Positions 1-10,066 of a DNA stretch of 64,000 nucleotides are shown piece after piece (position 1 is the stretch's first letter; each line of letters opens with the position of its first letter). This DNA comes from Dehalococcoidia bacterium (GTDB taxonomy: Bacteria; Chloroflexota; Dehalococcoidia; Bin125). Location of the stretch: contig CBDHGH010000003.1 of NCBI GenBank assembly GCA_965263065.1, positions 1,796,537 through 1,860,536 of the forward strand, read 5' to 3'. The notes beneath the pieces are model-generated. The model did not search any database, was not told where the DNA came from, and saw only the letters and a program-made list of their open reading frames with translations. Made by a program: the position numbers and the translations under genes.

Positions 1-876
1 CTCCCCCTCCGACAGCCGCTCCAGGTCCGACGCCAGCCCGGGCACGTCCGCCTCCGACGGCAGCCGCACGCTCGTCCCGTCCTCCGAGCCCGGCAGCGAC
101 GCCAGCAGCCGCGCCGCGAGCGCCCGCATCTCCGGCTCGACGCGCGCCTCGCTCGCCGGCCCGAGCGACGCCGACTCGACCCGCCCGACCGAGCGCTGCG
201 TCGCCGGGTCGAAGCGGCGCAGGCTCTCGACCTCCGAGCCGAACAGCTCGATGCGCAGCGGCAGCTCGTCGGTGGGCGGGAACACGTCGATGATGCCGCC
301 GCGCCGCGTCAGCGTGCCCGGCCCATCGACCACCGCCTCGCGCCGGTAGCCCACCGCGTCGAGCGCCCGCAGCAGCGCCTCCGCGTCCACCGACGCCCCC
401 CGCCGCAGCGGCGCGACCGCCGCCCCCGGCCGCAGCGTGCCCTGGGCCAGCGCCTGCACGTCGGTCACGATCAGCGGGCGCGACCCCGCCGACAGCGCCG
501 CCAGCACCCGCAGCCGCTCCGCCCCCGCCTCGCTCGGCGCGCGACGGCGCTCGTAGGGCAGGCTCTCCCGCGCCGGGAACGACAGCACCGTGTCCGACGC
601 CCCGGCCGGCAGCCACTCGCGGATCTCCTCGAGCAGCGCCCGCGCCCGTGCCGGCCGCGGCGTCACGACGATCATCGGCGCGGCGGCCGCCCCGTTGTCG
701 TCCCCCATCCCGTACAGCGCCGCGACGACGGCCGCCTTCGCGCCGTCGGGCACGCCCAGCGTCCGCGGACGCGGATCCCCGGCCGCCACGTCGGTCCGCC
801 GCAGCTCGTCGCGCACGGCGGGCAGCAGGCCCGACAGCAGCCCCGGCGTCGTTTCGTCGATCAGCGGCATGCCCAT
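1..876 (-). CDS. mfd: transcription-repair coupling factor Mfd, N-terminal part (continues beyond window start)
   Basis: Absent from ORF track because truncated at the edge. Minus-strand translation from ATG at 876 reads MGMPLIDETTPGLLSGLLPAVRDELRR... and contains GGIIDVFPP and RIELFGSEVESLRRFDPATQRS, typical of the Mfd UvrB-like N-terminus. It lies immediately downstream of pth, the common pth-mfd arrangement. Confidence 0.6.
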   Translation of the reverse strand, partial: MGMPLIDETTPGLLSGLLPAVRDELRRTDVAAGDPRPRTLGVPDGAKAAVVAALYGMGDDNGAAAAPMIVVTPRPARARALLEEIREWLPAGASDTVLSFPARESLPYERRRAPSEAGAERLRVLAALSAGSRPLIVTDVQALAQGTLRPGAAVAPLRRGASVDAEALLRALDAVGYRREAVVDGPGTLTRRGGIIDVFPPTDELPLRIELFGSEVESLRRFDPATQRSVGRVESASLGPASEARVEPEMRALAARLLASLPGSEDGTSVRLPSEADVPGLASDLERLSEGE

Positions 877-988
877 GTCGCGCCTTTGCCGAACGCCCTA
901 AAGGGGCCGGCCCGAAGGCCCGCCCCTGCGATGTCGCATCGAACGGCCGCCCATGCGGCCGCGATCGCCAGTCTACGCCGCCGGCCCG

Positions 989-1678
989 CTAACGCTGCCG
1001 CGGCCGCCGCTCCTGGGGCGGCGCCGGGACGCCGTTGAAGGCGTTCATCGCCGCCTCGACGCCGTCGCGCAGGATCGCGATCACGGCCTCCGCCGCCTGC
1101 GCCTCGGCGGCCCGCAGCGCCGCCCGCTCCTCCGGGATCGGGCTCGCCAGCAGGTGGTCGGCCACGACATCGGGGTGGTGCGACGGCTCGTCGTTGACGT
1201 ACGGCCGCCCCACGCCGATGCGGACCCGCGGGAAGTCGAGCGCGCCGATCGTCTCCCGGATCGAGCGCATCCCCTTCTGGCCGCCGTCGCCGCCCTCGCC
1301 CCGCACGCGGATGCGCCCCACCTCGATGTCGAGCTCATCGACGATCAGGATCAACTGCCGCGGATGCGCCCGATGCTGCGTCAGTAGCGACTGCACGGCG
1401 CGCCCGCTCTCGTTCATGAAGACGCGCGGCTGCGCCAGCACCACCGGCCCGAACGGCGTCGCGCCCTGCCCGCTGACGCACAGCTTCGACTCCTGCGTCA
1501 GGGGCAGCGCCAGCCGCTCGCTGAGCAGCGCCACGACGCGCGCGCCCGCGTTGTGGCGGTGCGTCGCGTAGCGCCCGCCCGGGTTGCCCAGCCCCACGAC
1601 GATGCGCGCGTTGTACAGGGGTTTGCCCGGACCCGAGCGTCCGCCGCGCCGGCGGCCGGGGAGTCGCAAGCGTGGCAT
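989..1678 (-). CDS. pth: peptidyl-tRNA hydrolase
   Basis: Has the IVVGLGNPGGRYATHRHNAG, VQSLL, LILIVDELD and GGQKGMRSI motifs of Pth. The start is possibly a few codons inside the listed ORF. Confidence 0.85.
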   Translation of the reverse strand: MPRLRLPGRRRGGRSGPGKPLYNARIVVGLGNPGGRYATHRHNAGARVVALLSERLALPLTQESKLCVSGQGATPFGPVVLAQPRVFMNESGRAVQSLLTQHRAHPRQLILIVDELDIEVGRIRVRGEGGDGGQKGMRSIRETIGALDFPRVRIGVGRPYVNDEPSHHPDVVADHLLASPIPEERAALRAAEAQAAEAVIAILRDGVEAAMNAFNGVPAPPQERRPRQR

Positions 1679-1706
1679 CGATCCCTCCCCTCGACCCGGC
1701 TCCGGC

Positions 1707-2939
1707 CTAGGTTACGACCGTCTCCGCCGCCCGCAGGGCCGGCACGATCTCGCGCAGCAACTCGACGATGGCGTCTACGTCGGCGCGGTTGTTCTCGAGC
1801 CCGAAGCTGAGGCGCAGGCTGCTCGCCGCCGCGTCCTGATCGACGCCCATCGCCAGCAGCACGTGGCTCGGCTCCCACGACTGCGCCGTGCAGGCGCTGC
1901 CGCTCGACGCCGCCACGCCAGCGGCGTCCAGCGCCTCCAACAGCGACTGCCCGTCCACGCCTTCGAAGCGCACGTTGGCGTTGTTCGACAGCCGGTCGTG
2001 CGTCGGGCCGTTGCGCATGGCTCCGGGGATCTCGCGCAGAGCCCGCTCGAAGAAGCGGTCGCGCAGGCCGCGCACATGGCGCACGTGCAGCTCGCGCTGC
2101 TGCTCGGCCAGCTCCAGCGCGACGCCCATCCCCACGATACCGCCCGGATTCTCGGTGCCCGCGCGACGCGCCCGCTCCTGGCCGCCGCCCGTCTGCTGCG
2201 CGAGGAACGGCGTCCCGCGTCGCAGGAACAGCGCGCCCACCCCCTTCGGGCCGCGGAACTTGTGCGCCGAGATCGACAGCAGGTCGACGCCCAGCTCCCC
2301 GACATTGAGCGGCAGCTGGCCCGGCGCCTGCACGGCGTCGGTGTGCAGCGGCACGCCGCGCCCCAGCGCCGCCGCCCGATCGCGCAGCGCCGCCGCGACC
2401 GCGGCCACCGGCTGCACCGCGCCGACCTCGTTGTTGGCCAGCATCACGTTCACCAGCACCGTGCGCTCATCGACCGCCGCCGCGACCGCCGCCGGGTCGA
2501 CGCGCCCCTCCCCGTCCACCTCCACCCGCTCGATCTCGAAGCCGAAGCGCTCGAGGAACTCGAGCGTGTGCAGCACCGCGTGATGCTCGACCGTCGTCGA
2601 GACGATGCGATCGCCCACGCCCGCCAGCTGCTGCGCGAAGGCCACGCCCTTCAGCGCCAGGTTGATCGACTCCGTGCCGCCGCTGGTGAAGACCACCTCG
2701 CCCGGGCGACAGCCCAGCACCGCCGCCACGCGGTCGCGGGCGTCGTCGATGGCGGCCTGCGCCTCGCGGCCCAGCCGGTAGAGGCTACTGGGGTTGCCGA
2801 AGCGCGCCGACAGGTAGGGCGCCATCGCCCGCGCCACCACCGGGTGGACGGGCGTCGTCGCCGCGTGGTCCACGTAGACGCATGGATCCGCCACGACCGC
2901 CCCAATCGCTCGTCGCCGCTCTGGGGCCGATCTTGGCAC
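1707..2939 (-). CDS. cysteine desulfurase (IscS/NifS family, PLP-dependent)
   Basis: Shows VYVDHAATTP, TSGGTESINLA, SISAHKFRGPKGVGALF and the SSGSACT active-site cysteine loop. The true start is probably slightly internal. Confidence 0.85.
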   Translation of the reverse strand: MPRSAPERRRAIGAVVADPCVYVDHAATTPVHPVVARAMAPYLSARFGNPSSLYRLGREAQAAIDDARDRVAAVLGCRPGEVVFTSGGTESINLALKGVAFAQQLAGVGDRIVSTTVEHHAVLHTLEFLERFGFEIERVEVDGEGRVDPAAVAAAVDERTVLVNVMLANNEVGAVQPVAAVAAALRDRAAALGRGVPLHTDAVQAPGQLPLNVGELGVDLLSISAHKFRGPKGVGALFLRRGTPFLAQQTGGGQERARRAGTENPGGIVGMGVALELAEQQRELHVRHVRGLRDRFFERALREIPGAMRNGPTHDRLSNNANVRFEGVDGQSLLEALDAAGVAASSGSACTAQSWEPSHVLLAMGVDQDAAASSLRLSFGLENNRADVDAIVELLREIVPALRAAETVVT

Positions 2940-2979
2940 ATCACGCGCGGATCGCGCGCACAGCGCGTTACGCCGGCCG

Positions 2980-4413
2980 TCAGCCCGGGCCGCCGGGGCG
3001 CAGCGACGGCTTCAGCGAGACGCTCTTGGCCAGCGCGTTCGCCGCCCGCTCGAAGCTGGGGAACACGGCCAGCCCCGCGTCCTGTAGCGCATCCCGCGCC
3101 TTCAGCGCCGCCGCCTCGACGTACGACGGATGCAGCGCCGTCACGAACGGCTTGTCCGACCGCTCCTGGAAGCGCCGCAGCGATCGGATCAGCGCCGCCA
3201 GCTCCTCCGGCTCGCGCTCCCAGCGCTGCGCCGCGAACGTCGCCGAGACCTCCATCGCCACCGCGTCCACGTTCGGGTCGTCCGCCATCAGATCGAGCAG
3301 CCGGTCGAGCGCCGCGCGGTCGGACATGATCGTGCCCGCCATGTCGAGCGGGTTCTGGTACGACCCCCCGATCACGTTGAAGAACTCCCCCAGCTGCGCG
3401 TAGGTCGACTCCGCGAAGCGCGGCACCTCCCAGCCCTCCCGCGCGAAGGCGTCGGCCAGCGCCACCGACTGCCCGCCCGTCATCGCCATCAGCGCCACCC
3501 GCCGGCCGCGTCCCGGCTTGGTGCGCTGCAGCGCGTGCACGACGTCGACCATCTCGTCGAGGCTGCCCACGCTGAGCGCCCCCGCCTGCCGCACGATCGC
3601 CTCCCACACCGCCTGGTCCGTCGCCAGCGCCGCCGTGTGCGACCGCGCCGCCGTCGAGCCGGCGCGCGTCTGTCCGCCCTTCCAGACCACCACCGGCTTG
3701 CGCGCCGCCGCCGCCCGCAGCGACCGCACGAAGCGCCGCCCGTCGCGCGTGCCCTCCATGTACATGCCGATCACCCGCGTGCGCGGGTCGGCCGCCAGGT
3801 AGTCGAGGTAGTCGGCCGCCTCCAGCACGATCCCGTTGCCGAACGAGATCAGCGTGCTGCACACCACCCCCCGCGTCGCGCCCACGAGGCTGAAGTGCAT
3901 CCCGTGCGTCCCGCTCTGCGAGATGAAGCCCACCTCGCCCGCCCGCCCGTGCGGCTGGTCGCGGTGAAAGCGCACGCCCAGCCGCGGGTTGTGCAGCCCC
4001 ATGCAGTTCGGCCCGATCAGCAGCAGATCGCCCTCCCGCGCCAGCGCGCCGATCTGCTGCTGCAGCGCGACGCCCTCGGCCTCCCCCGTCTCCGCGAAGC
4101 CCGACGTGAACAGCGTCACCCCGCCCACCGCCGCCGCGATGCAGTCGCGCACGATGATCGGCGCGATCTTGCGCGGCACCGCGCAGACCACGTAGTCGAC
4201 CGGCTCCGGGATCTCCGTCAGGCTGGCGAAGTTGGGTACCCCCAGCGCCGCGATGCCCTCGACCTCGCGCGGGTCGACCTGCACCGAGTACAGGTTGCCC
4301 TGGAACGTCTGCAGCGCGTTGAGCCACATGTAGCCCGACGCCCGCTTGTCGCCCACCACGGCGATGGCCGACGGGTTGAGCACGCGCTCCAGGCGATCGG
4401 GGGAGATCGGCAT
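2980..4413 (-). CDS. acetyl-CoA synthetase (ADP-forming), alpha subunit / CoA-binding acyl-CoA synthetase (NDP-forming)
   Basis: Has the SIAVVGDK CoA-binding N-terminus and the GPNCMGL and ISQSGT motifs of the succinyl-CoA-synthetase-like fold. Confidence 0.8.
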   Translation of the reverse strand: MPISPDRLERVLNPSAIAVVGDKRASGYMWLNALQTFQGNLYSVQVDPREVEGIAALGVPNFASLTEIPEPVDYVVCAVPRKIAPIIVRDCIAAAVGGVTLFTSGFAETGEAEGVALQQQIGALAREGDLLLIGPNCMGLHNPRLGVRFHRDQPHGRAGEVGFISQSGTHGMHFSLVGATRGVVCSTLISFGNGIVLEAADYLDYLAADPRTRVIGMYMEGTRDGRRFVRSLRAAAARKPVVVWKGGQTRAGSTAARSHTAALATDQAVWEAIVRQAGALSVGSLDEMVDVVHALQRTKPGRGRRVALMAMTGGQSVALADAFAREGWEVPRFAESTYAQLGEFFNVIGGSYQNPLDMAGTIMSDRAALDRLLDLMADDPNVDAVAMEVSATFAAQRWEREPEELAALIRSLRRFQERSDKPFVTALHPSYVEAAALKARDALQDAGLAVFPSFERAANALAKSVSLKPSLRPGGPG

Positions 4414-4419
4414 CTCTGG

Positions 4420-5148
4420 TTAGGCCGGCGTCAGCACGATGCGCGCGTCGACCGCGGTCGCCCCGTCGGCGCGGGCCAGGATCGGGTTCAGGTCCAGCTC
4501 CTGCACCTCCGGGTGCGCCTCCGCGAACTCCGACAACGACAGCAGGATCGACTCCAGCGCCGAGAGGTCGGCCGGCGGCGTCCCGCGGTAGCCCTCGAGC
4601 ACCGGGAAGCCCTGGATCTCGCGGATCATCTCGGCGGCGTCGTGCGGCGCCAGCGGCACGACGCGGAACGCCACGTCCTTCAGCACCTCGACCAGCACGC
4701 CGCCCAGGCCGAACATCAGCACCGGCCCGAACTGCGGGTCCTGCGTCATGCCCATGATCACCTCCGTGCCCGGCGCCGCCATCGGCTGCACCGACACGCC
4801 GGCGAACGCCTCGGCCCCCGCCGCCGCGGCCACCGCCGCCTCGATGCGCGCGTACGCCGCCGACACCGCGCCGGCGTCGGCCAGGTTCAGCTCGACGCCG
4901 CCGATGTCGCTCTTGTGCGTGATCGTGTCCGAGACGACCTTCAGCACGACCGGGTAGCCCAGCTCCGCCGCGATCGCCGCGGCCTCGGACGCGCTCGACG
5001 CCGCCCGCGTCGGCGTGACGGGCACGCCCGCCGCGCCCAGCGCCGCTTTCGCCTCGACCTCCGACAGCAGGTGGCGGCCGGCGTCCCGCGCCGCCGCGAA
5101 GATCGTCGCCACGCTGTTGGTCGGGGCGTCGCTCACGCGCTCAGTCAC
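4420..5148 (-). CDS. acetyl-CoA synthetase (ADP-forming), beta subunit (ATP-grasp)
   Basis: ATP-grasp sequence (EAKAALGAAGVPV, YPVVLKV, LNPI), immediately downstream of and co-oriented with the alpha subunit. Confidence 0.75.
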   Translation of the reverse strand: MTERVSDAPTNSVATIFAAARDAGRHLLSEVEAKAALGAAGVPVTPTRAASSASEAAAIAAELGYPVVLKVVSDTITHKSDIGGVELNLADAGAVSAAYARIEAAVAAAAGAEAFAGVSVQPMAAPGTEVIMGMTQDPQFGPVLMFGLGGVLVEVLKDVAFRVVPLAPHDAAEMIREIQGFPVLEGYRGTPPADLSALESILLSLSEFAEAHPEVQELDLNPILARADGATAVDARIVLTPA

Positions 5149-5270
5149 GATGGGTCCTCGCTGCTACTCCGGGCCCCGGGTGGAGGCCCGCGAAATCCGC
5201 CCGAGCCTACGGCCGCGCCGATCGGGTGTCAAAGCGCGGGCCGTCCCTCCACCGCCCTCGTAGTGCGGCG

Positions 5271-5300
5271 TTGACCGTTCTTCCCGTCCGATCTTATATT
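5271..5300 (+). promoter_or_regulatory. sigma70-like promoter candidate (TTGACC - 18 nt - TATATT)
   Basis: TTGACC at 5271-5276 and TATATT at 5295-5300 with an 18-nt spacer, in the divergent intergenic region about 75 nt upstream of the HTH gene start at 5378. Confidence 0.35.
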
Positions 5301-5377
5301 TGCATAGGCGCTTGAACCGTAGCGATCCCGGCGACGCCCCCGCCCGATCGTCGCCATGGAGAGGCCGGCCGCCGACG

Positions 5378-5593
5378 ATGAGTGAGTCCCCGTTCGACAA
5401 CTACTTCGACCTCGTCGAGGCCGCGCGCGATCTGCAGATCCACCCGCAGAGCCTGCGCCGCCTGATCAAGCAGAAGAAGATCCCCGCGACGCTGTTCGCC
5501 GGCAAGTACCTCATCGAGCGCGACAAGCTCGAGATGTTCAAGGCCAACTACGACCCGCGGCCCGGTCGCAAGCCCGTCAGCCGCCTCCTCTAG
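5378..5593 (+). CDS. helix-turn-helix DNA-binding protein (excisionase/MerR-like HTH family)
   Basis: A 71-aa product, MSESPFDNYFDLVEAARDLQIHPQSLRRLIKQKKIPATLFAGKYLIERDKLEMF, with the typical excisionase-family HTH. The longer listed ORF start (5300) overlaps the -10 element, so the internal ATG is preferred. Confidence 0.6.
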   Translation: MSESPFDNYFDLVEAARDLQIHPQSLRRLIKQKKIPATLFAGKYLIERDKLEMFKANYDPRPGRKPVSRLL

Positions 5594-5617
5594 CGCCGGC
5601 CTGCCCGCTGGCCTGCC

Positions 5618-6280
5618 CTAGACGCCGCCGCCCGTCGCGCGCGAGATGTAGGTCAGCGCCCGCGCGTACTGCGCCTGCGTGATCAGATCCCGCGCGACCA
5701 GGTAGTTGAGCAGGCTCTCGATGGTCAGCAGCGGATGCAGCGTGACGCCCGCCTCGGCCAGCCGCGCCTGCCCCCCGGCCTGCCGGTCGATCAGCACGAT
5801 CGCGTCGTGCACCATCAGCCCCGCCGAGCGCAGCGTCTCGGCCGTCTCGACCACGCTGCTGCCGCCCGTGATCAGGTCGTCGACCAGCAACACCGTCTGG
5901 CCCGGAAAGTACGCCCCCTCGATCTCCTCGTAGCGATCGTCGGCCCGCGCCCGCGGGTGCACGTAGATCAGCGGCACGTCCGACGTCAGCGAGAACGCCG
6001 TCGCCAGGTGCAGCCCGCCCAGCGGCACCCCCGCCACCAGCTCGAATGGCGACAGGTGCGGGTGCAGCATCCCGGTCAGGGTGCGCGTCTCGTCGGTCAG
6101 CAGCTCGCCGATGCGCCGCAGCGTGCGCGGGTTGCCGATCAGCCGGCGCGGGTTGACGTATATCGGCGAGTCGAGCGTCGCGCCCAGGTTGAAGCTGCCG
6201 AACTGCACCGCGGCCGAGTCCCACAGGGACCGCGCCAGCCACAGATTGCCGGGGTCGGGGTCGTGCGCACGCAACGACAT
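5618..6280 (-). CDS. pyrE: orotate phosphoribosyltransferase
   Basis: PRPP-binding motif VLLVDDLITGGSS and overall OPRTase layout. Confidence 0.85.
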   Translation of the reverse strand: MSLRAHDPDPGNLWLARSLWDSAAVQFGSFNLGATLDSPIYVNPRRLIGNPRTLRRIGELLTDETRTLTGMLHPHLSPFELVAGVPLGGLHLATAFSLTSDVPLIYVHPRARADDRYEEIEGAYFPGQTVLLVDDLITGGSSVVETAETLRSAGLMVHDAIVLIDRQAGGQARLAEAGVTLHPLLTIESLLNYLVARDLITQAQYARALTYISRATGGGV

Positions 6281-6295
6281 TCGCTCCCCGTCCGA

Positions 6296-7003
6296 TCAGC
6301 CCGCGGCGGCGGCCTCCGCCGCCAAACCGCTCGTCCCGACCCGCTCCTGGACGCGCGCCGCGAGGTCGCAGACGGCCTGCGCCTCGACGCCGCCCGGCGG
6401 CTCGCTGTCGCCCGAGACGACGCAACTCAGCCGGCCGCTGGACCAGCGCACCTCGATCTTGCGCTGCACTTCACTCGCGCCCGCCATCCGCGACCACTGC
6501 CGCACCGACCCGGCGAAGCCCAGCCCGTGGCCGTCGACGTCGCTGACGCGGATCGATGCGCCGTCGTCCGACGGCGCCGGTGAGCCAGCGGAATCGGCCG
6601 CCCCCTCCGCGTCCTCGAACAGGCTCAGGTCCACCGTCAGCAGGCGCTGCTGCGTGCGCGCGCGCAGGCTGAAGTTGAGCGCGACGTCGATTACCTCCCC
6701 GTACGACCGCGGGTCGCGGAAGGCCTGCCGGTAGCCGATCACCCGGCCCAGCTCGTCGAGCTCGTCGAGCGTGGCGCGCTCGTCGGGGCTCTGATAGGCC
6801 AGCCGCTCGTTCGTCAGCGGACCGCGATAGTCCACGTGGTAGCCGCCGGGGAACTCCGCCGGGGCCAGCGCCAGCGCCGCCAGCTCCGCGACGTGCGGCA
6901 GCGCCCGCTCGTGGGCGGCCTGCCGGCGGCGCAGCGCCCATTGCAGCGCACTGACGCCCACCAGCAGCACGATCAGGATGATTCCAACGACCAGGTACGT
7001 CAT
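6296..7003 (-). CDS. hypothetical membrane-anchored protein
   Basis: N-terminal TM helix (MTYLVVGIILIVLLVGVSAL) followed by a soluble domain. No family recognised. Coding-like composition. Confidence 0.45.
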   Translation of the reverse strand: MTYLVVGIILIVLLVGVSALQWALRRRQAAHERALPHVAELAALALAPAEFPGGYHVDYRGPLTNERLAYQSPDERATLDELDELGRVIGYRQAFRDPRSYGEVIDVALNFSLRARTQQRLLTVDLSLFEDAEGAADSAGSPAPSDDGASIRVSDVDGHGLGFAGSVRQWSRMAGASEVQRKIEVRWSSGRLSCVVSGDSEPPGGVEAQAVCDLAARVQERVGTSGLAAEAAAAG

Positions 7004-7106
7004 CTCGGCACTCTCCCGGCGATTCTCGAACTCCGGTCCGCGCCTCCGCGGCGACGGCCCCGTCCGGCATCGTACGCGACGCGGCGCTCTGCGCGGGTGG
7101 CGGCGG

Positions 7107-9077
7107 TCAGTAGGCCTCGGACGCCCCCGCGATGATGTCCTCGACCACGGTGGGGTCGGCCAGCGTCGTCACGTCGCCGACGTTCTCCGGCTCGCCCTCC
7201 GCGACCTTGCGCAGGATGCGCCGCATGATCTTGCCCGACCGCGTCTTCGGCAGCCCCAGCCGCACGAACTGCAGCTTGTCCGGCGTCGCGATGGGCCCGA
7301 TCACCGTCCGCACCGCCTGACGCATGGCCCGCGCCAACTCCGCCGACGGCACGGCCCCCTCGGTCAGGTGCACGTAGGCGTAGATGCCCACGCCCTTGAC
7401 GTCGTGCGGGTAGCCCACGACGGCCGCCTCGGCGCAGGCCGGGTGCTGCACCAGCGCCCCCTCGACCTCGGCCGTGCCGATGCGATGGCCGGAGACGTTG
7501 AGCACGTCGTCGACGCGGCCGGTCAGCCAGTAGTAGCCGTCGCGGTCGCGGTAGGCGCCGTCGCCGGTGAAGTACTTGCCCGGGTACTGGCTGAGGTAGG
7601 TCTGGATGAAGCGCTCGTGGTCGCCGTAGATCGTGCGCATCATGCCCGGCCACGAGGCCGCCATGCACAGCAGCCCGCTGACGTTGTTGCCCTCGATCTC
7701 GCGCCCCTCCGGGTCGACCAGCACCGGCTGCACGCCGAAGAACGGGAACGACGCCGAGCCCGGCTTCATCGTGATCGCGCCGGGCAGGCCGGTGATCATG
7801 TGCCCGCCCGTCTCCGTCTGCCAGTACGTATCGACGATCGCCGCCCGCCCCTCGCCGACGACGTTGAAGTACCAGCGCCAGGCCTCCGGGTTGATCGGCT
7901 CCCCCACCGAGCCCAGCACCCGCAGGCTCGTGCGCTTGTAGCGCGTGACGTGTTCGTTGCCCTCGCGCGCGATCGCGCGGATGGCCGTCGGCGCCGTGTA
8001 GAAGATGGTGATCCCCAGCCGGTCGACCATGTCCCAGTAGCGCCCGGCGTCGGGGTAGGTGGGGATCGACTCGAACATCACGCTGGTCGCGCCGTTCGCC
8101 AGCGGGCCGTAGACGATGTAGCTGTGCCCCGTCACCCAGCCGATGTCGGCCGCGCAGCAGTAGATGTCGTCCTCGCGCAGGTCGAAGACGTACTTGTGCG
8201 TCATCGTCGCGAAGAGCAGGTAGCCCGCCTGCGTGTGCAGCACGCCCTTCGGCTTCCCCGTCGAGCCCGACGTGTAGAGGATGAACAGCGGGTCCTCGGC
8301 GTCCATCGAGACCGGCTCGCAGGCCGAGTTCTCCGACGCCAGCGCGTCGTGCCACCAGACGTCGCGGCCGGCCTGCATCGGCACGCTGCCGTCGGCCCGC
8401 TGATACACGATCACGAAGCGCACCGAGTCGGTCTGCTCGAGCGCCGCGTCGACGTTCGCCTTCAGCGGCACGACGCGGCCGCCGCGCCGCCCCTCGTCCT
8501 GCGTGATCACCGCCGCGCAGGCGGAGTCGGCGATCCGATCCGCGATCGACTGCGCGCTGAAGCCGCCGAAGATCACCGAGTGCACCGCGCCGATGCGCGC
8601 GCAGGCCAGCATCGCGACGGCCAGCTCGGGCACCATGCCCATGTAGATCGCGACCCGCTCGCCCTTGCCGATGCCGCGCCCGCGCAGCGCGTTCGCCATG
8701 CGGCAGACCTGCTCGTGCAACTCGGCGTAGCTCACGCGGCGGTTGTCGCCCGGCTCGTCGCCCTCCCAGAGCAGCGCCGTCTTGTCGCCCCGCTGCGCCA
8801 GGTGCCGATCGAGGCAGTTGGCGCTAACGTTCAGCCGCCCGCCCAGGAACCAGCCGATGCGCCCGCCGGCCAGGTCCTCGTCGACCACCGTCTCGAACGG
8901 CGCCATCCAGTCGAGCAGCGACTCCGCCTGCTCGCGCCAGAAGCCGTCGCGGTCTTGCAGGCTGCGGGCGTACATCGCGGCGTAGGCCTCGGTGCTCGTC
9001 AGCAGCGCGCCGTCGCGAGCGGCGGGCGGCGGGGCGTAGCGTTCCTCGGTCGGCAGCGCGGACTCGGCGGTGGTCAT
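7107..9077 (-). CDS. acs: acetyl-coenzyme A synthetase (AMP-forming)
   Basis: Has [12 protein letters not shown] and the conserved Acs core, and WREQAE near the N-terminus. Start chosen at MTTAESALP (ATG near 9077) rather than the upstream listed start at 9203. Confidence 0.9.
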   Translation of the reverse strand: MTTAESALPTEERYAPPPAARDGALLTSTEAYAAMYARSLQDRDGFWREQAESLLDWMAPFETVVDEDLAGGRIGWFLGGRLNVSANCLDRHLAQRGDKTALLWEGDEPGDNRRVSYAELHEQVCRMANALRGRGIGKGERVAIYMGMVPELAVAMLACARIGAVHSVIFGGFSAQSIADRIADSACAAVITQDEGRRGGRVVPLKANVDAALEQTDSVRFVIVYQRADGSVPMQAGRDVWWHDALASENSACEPVSMDAEDPLFILYTSGSTGKPKGVLHTQAGYLLFATMTHKYVFDLREDDIYCCAADIGWVTGHSYIVYGPLANGATSVMFESIPTYPDAGRYWDMVDRLGITIFYTAPTAIRAIAREGNEHVTRYKRTSLRVLGSVGEPINPEAWRWYFNVVGEGRAAIVDTYWQTETGGHMITGLPGAITMKPGSASFPFFGVQPVLVDPEGREIEGNNVSGLLCMAASWPGMMRTIYGDHERFIQTYLSQYPGKYFTGDGAYRDRDGYYWLTGRVDDVLNVSGHRIGTAEVEGALVQHPACAEAAVVGYPHDVKGVGIYAYVHLTEGAVPSAELARAMRQAVRTVIGPIATPDKLQFVRLGLPKTRSGKIMRRILRKVAEGEPENVGDVTTLADPTVVEDIIAGASEAY

Positions 9078-9189
9078 GGCAGCGTTCCTCCCTGGCTCCG
9101 CGAACGGACATATGCTACTCACTGTGCCGCCCACTGGGCACGTGTCCGTGGGCGCGACCGGCGGCGGCGCCCGAGGGACGAGCGAGATC

Positions 9190-9600
9190 ATGCGGTACCC
9201 CATCGTGATCCATCAGGACCCAGAGAGCAGCTACGGGGTCACCGTGCCCGACCTGCCCGGCTGTTTCTCGGGCGGCGAGACCCTGGACGCAGCCCTCGCC
9301 ATGGCGCCGGAGGCGATTGTGGGCCACATCGAAACCCTGCTGATGGACGGCCAGCCCGTCCCCGAGCAGCGCTCGCTGCAGGCGCATCAGGCCGATCCCG
9401 GCTTCGCGGACGGCATCTGGGCGCTCGTCGATGTGGACATGACCAAGCTCTCGGGCAAGGCCATGCGCATCAACGTCACGATGCCCGCGCGGATCCTCGC
9501 CATCGCCGATGAAGCCGCCGCCCGCGAGGGCGAGTCGCGCTCTGGACTGCTCGCCAACGCCGTCCTCCACTACGCTAGCCACCAGACGGCTAGCCACTAA
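9190..9600 (+). CDS. HicB-family antitoxin-like protein (UPF0150 N-domain plus ribbon-helix-helix C-domain)
   Basis: [36 protein letters not shown] matches the HicB fold. The C-terminal [29 protein letters not shown] is a CopG/RHH motif. No hicA partner is present. Confidence 0.7.
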   Translation: MRYPIVIHQDPESSYGVTVPDLPGCFSGGETLDAALAMAPEAIVGHIETLLMDGQPVPEQRSLQAHQADPGFADGIWALVDVDMTKLSGKAMRINVTMPARILAIADEAAAREGESRSGLLANAVLHYASHQTASH

Positions 9601-9642
9601 AGGCGGAGTGCGCCACCGGACGGCCACCGGCCCCATCGGGGA

Positions 9643-10032
9643 ATGTCAGCCGGGACGACCAGCCGGGACCGCCAGCCGGGAATGGAGCAGACCGTGACGA
9701 CCCAGGAGCCCTTCAAGCGCATCGACGTGCAGGAGGCCAGCCGCATGCAGTCCGAGGGCGCGGCCCTGATCGACTGCCGCGAGGCCGACGAGTACGCCGA
9801 CGGCCACGCCGCCGGCGCGCCCCTGATCCCGCACATGAGCGTCTTCCAGCGCGCCGGCGAGGTCGAGCAGATCGCCGGCGGCAAGGACCAGCCGCTGATG
9901 TTCATCTGCAAGAGCGGCGGGCGCAGCGCCGTCGCGTCCGAGTTCGCCGCCGCCGCCGGCTTCACCGACCTCTACAACGTCGAGGGCGGCACCGACGCCT
10001 GGATCGAGGCCGGCCTGCCCACCGAGCGGTAG
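9643..10032 (+). CDS. rhodanese-like sulfurtransferase domain protein
   Basis: Active-site loop CKSGGRS and rhodanese fold. The start may be the internal ATG near 9682. Confidence 0.75.
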   Translation: MSAGTTSRDRQPGMEQTVTTQEPFKRIDVQEASRMQSEGAALIDCREADEYADGHAAGAPLIPHMSVFQRAGEVEQIAGGKDQPLMFICKSGGRSAVASEFAAAAGFTDLYNVEGGTDAWIEAGLPTER

Positions 10033-10066
10033 GCCCGACGCCCCCACACCCCCGCCGGAGGACCGC

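Noticed and set aside
590-1387. Plus-strand ORFs 590..901, 648..992 and 953..1387
   Set aside because: They overlap the minus-strand mfd N-terminus and pth, and the products are low-complexity Ala/Arg/Pro-rich.
1584-3329. 581-aa plus-strand ORF (and similar ones at 3130..5274, 6978..9512, 16811..19753, 19726..21864, 51723..55502, 58955..61372, 45859..47661, 48290..50263, 25902..27161)
   Set aside because: These are antisense to well-supported genes. Their products are Arg/Pro/Gly/Ala-rich, have no motifs and lack hydrophobic or aromatic balance, which is typical of open frames arising by chance in about 70% GC DNA.
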